DNA of 64,000 nt from Mustelus asterias (lineage: Eukaryota): NCBI RefSeq assembly GCF_964213995.1, contig NC_135807.1, positions 50,096,001 to 50,160,000 of the forward strand, given 5' to 3'. Of this stretch, positions 63,666 to 64,000 are shown one piece after another. The first letter of the stretch is position 1, and each line of letters opens with the position of its first letter. Made by a program: the position numbers and the translations under genes. The notes under the pieces were generated by a model, which ran no database searches, was not told where the DNA came from, and saw only the letters and a list, made by a program, of their open reading frames with translations.

Positions 63666-64000
63666 TTCAAGGTCAAAGTACCATTCTCTTTGAAAAGAGA
63701 CACTCTTTGTCAACATACATTTTGACCTGACAGACAACTGATGGTTATGCTTCTTCTTCAGCCAATGGTCAGCTTGTTGCTCTCTATCAGCTCCATGCAG
63801 CACTGCATTTAAACAAAATGCTGAGAAATACACAATACATTGACACATCTGCAAACATCTCAAGGGAATATTTGTTTGTAAATGAATACAAATGAGCTAG
63901 GCAACTCAAGTATAGTCTTCAACATTCTGAAAGCTATCTTCATCACTGCCAGTGAACATTTCTGTGCAGTTACAGAAAATGCTGGAAAATCTCTGCAAGT

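Noticed and set aside
8368-63863. Recurrent ORFs such as DCGRKPEHPEETHAD and GHCLCGVC..PPGAPVSSHSPK as a multigene or Cys-rich peptide family
   Set aside because: They are translations of V-SINE copies in all frames and on both strands.

Overview
This is vertebrate nuclear DNA, not prokaryotic. HE1-type V-SINEs with CR1 (HER1-like) partner LINEs point to an elasmobranch (shark); this is an inference from the repeat families. Much of the window is decayed transposable elements: many 5'-truncated CR1 LINE fragments, four Rex1/Babar 3' fragments, a Zenon-like CR1/L2-group LINE with its partner SINE, L2 and RTE remnants, at least 17 V-SINE copies with two different 3' tails, Deu-type SINE remnants, PIF/Harbinger-like MITEs with 3-bp TSDs, LTR remnants and Penelope-like termini. 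Every ORF with recognisable protein motifs is a retroelement fragment; the rest are SINE read-throughs, low-complexity or unassignable. No host gene can be named. A few candidate short exons lie mostly on the minus strand, and the + strand bias of LINEs would fit an intron of a minus-strand gene. I found no convincing wholly new biological system. The best leads are a V-SINE subfamily whose 3' stem-loop mimics the co-resident Rex1/Babar LINE, a head-to-head CR1/Rex1 co-insertion, locally templated insertions, a 73-nt pre-miRNA-sized hairpin and decayed hammerhead motifs. Family names come from motif recognition, not database searches. Element boundaries are approximate unless TIRs or TSDs are quoted.
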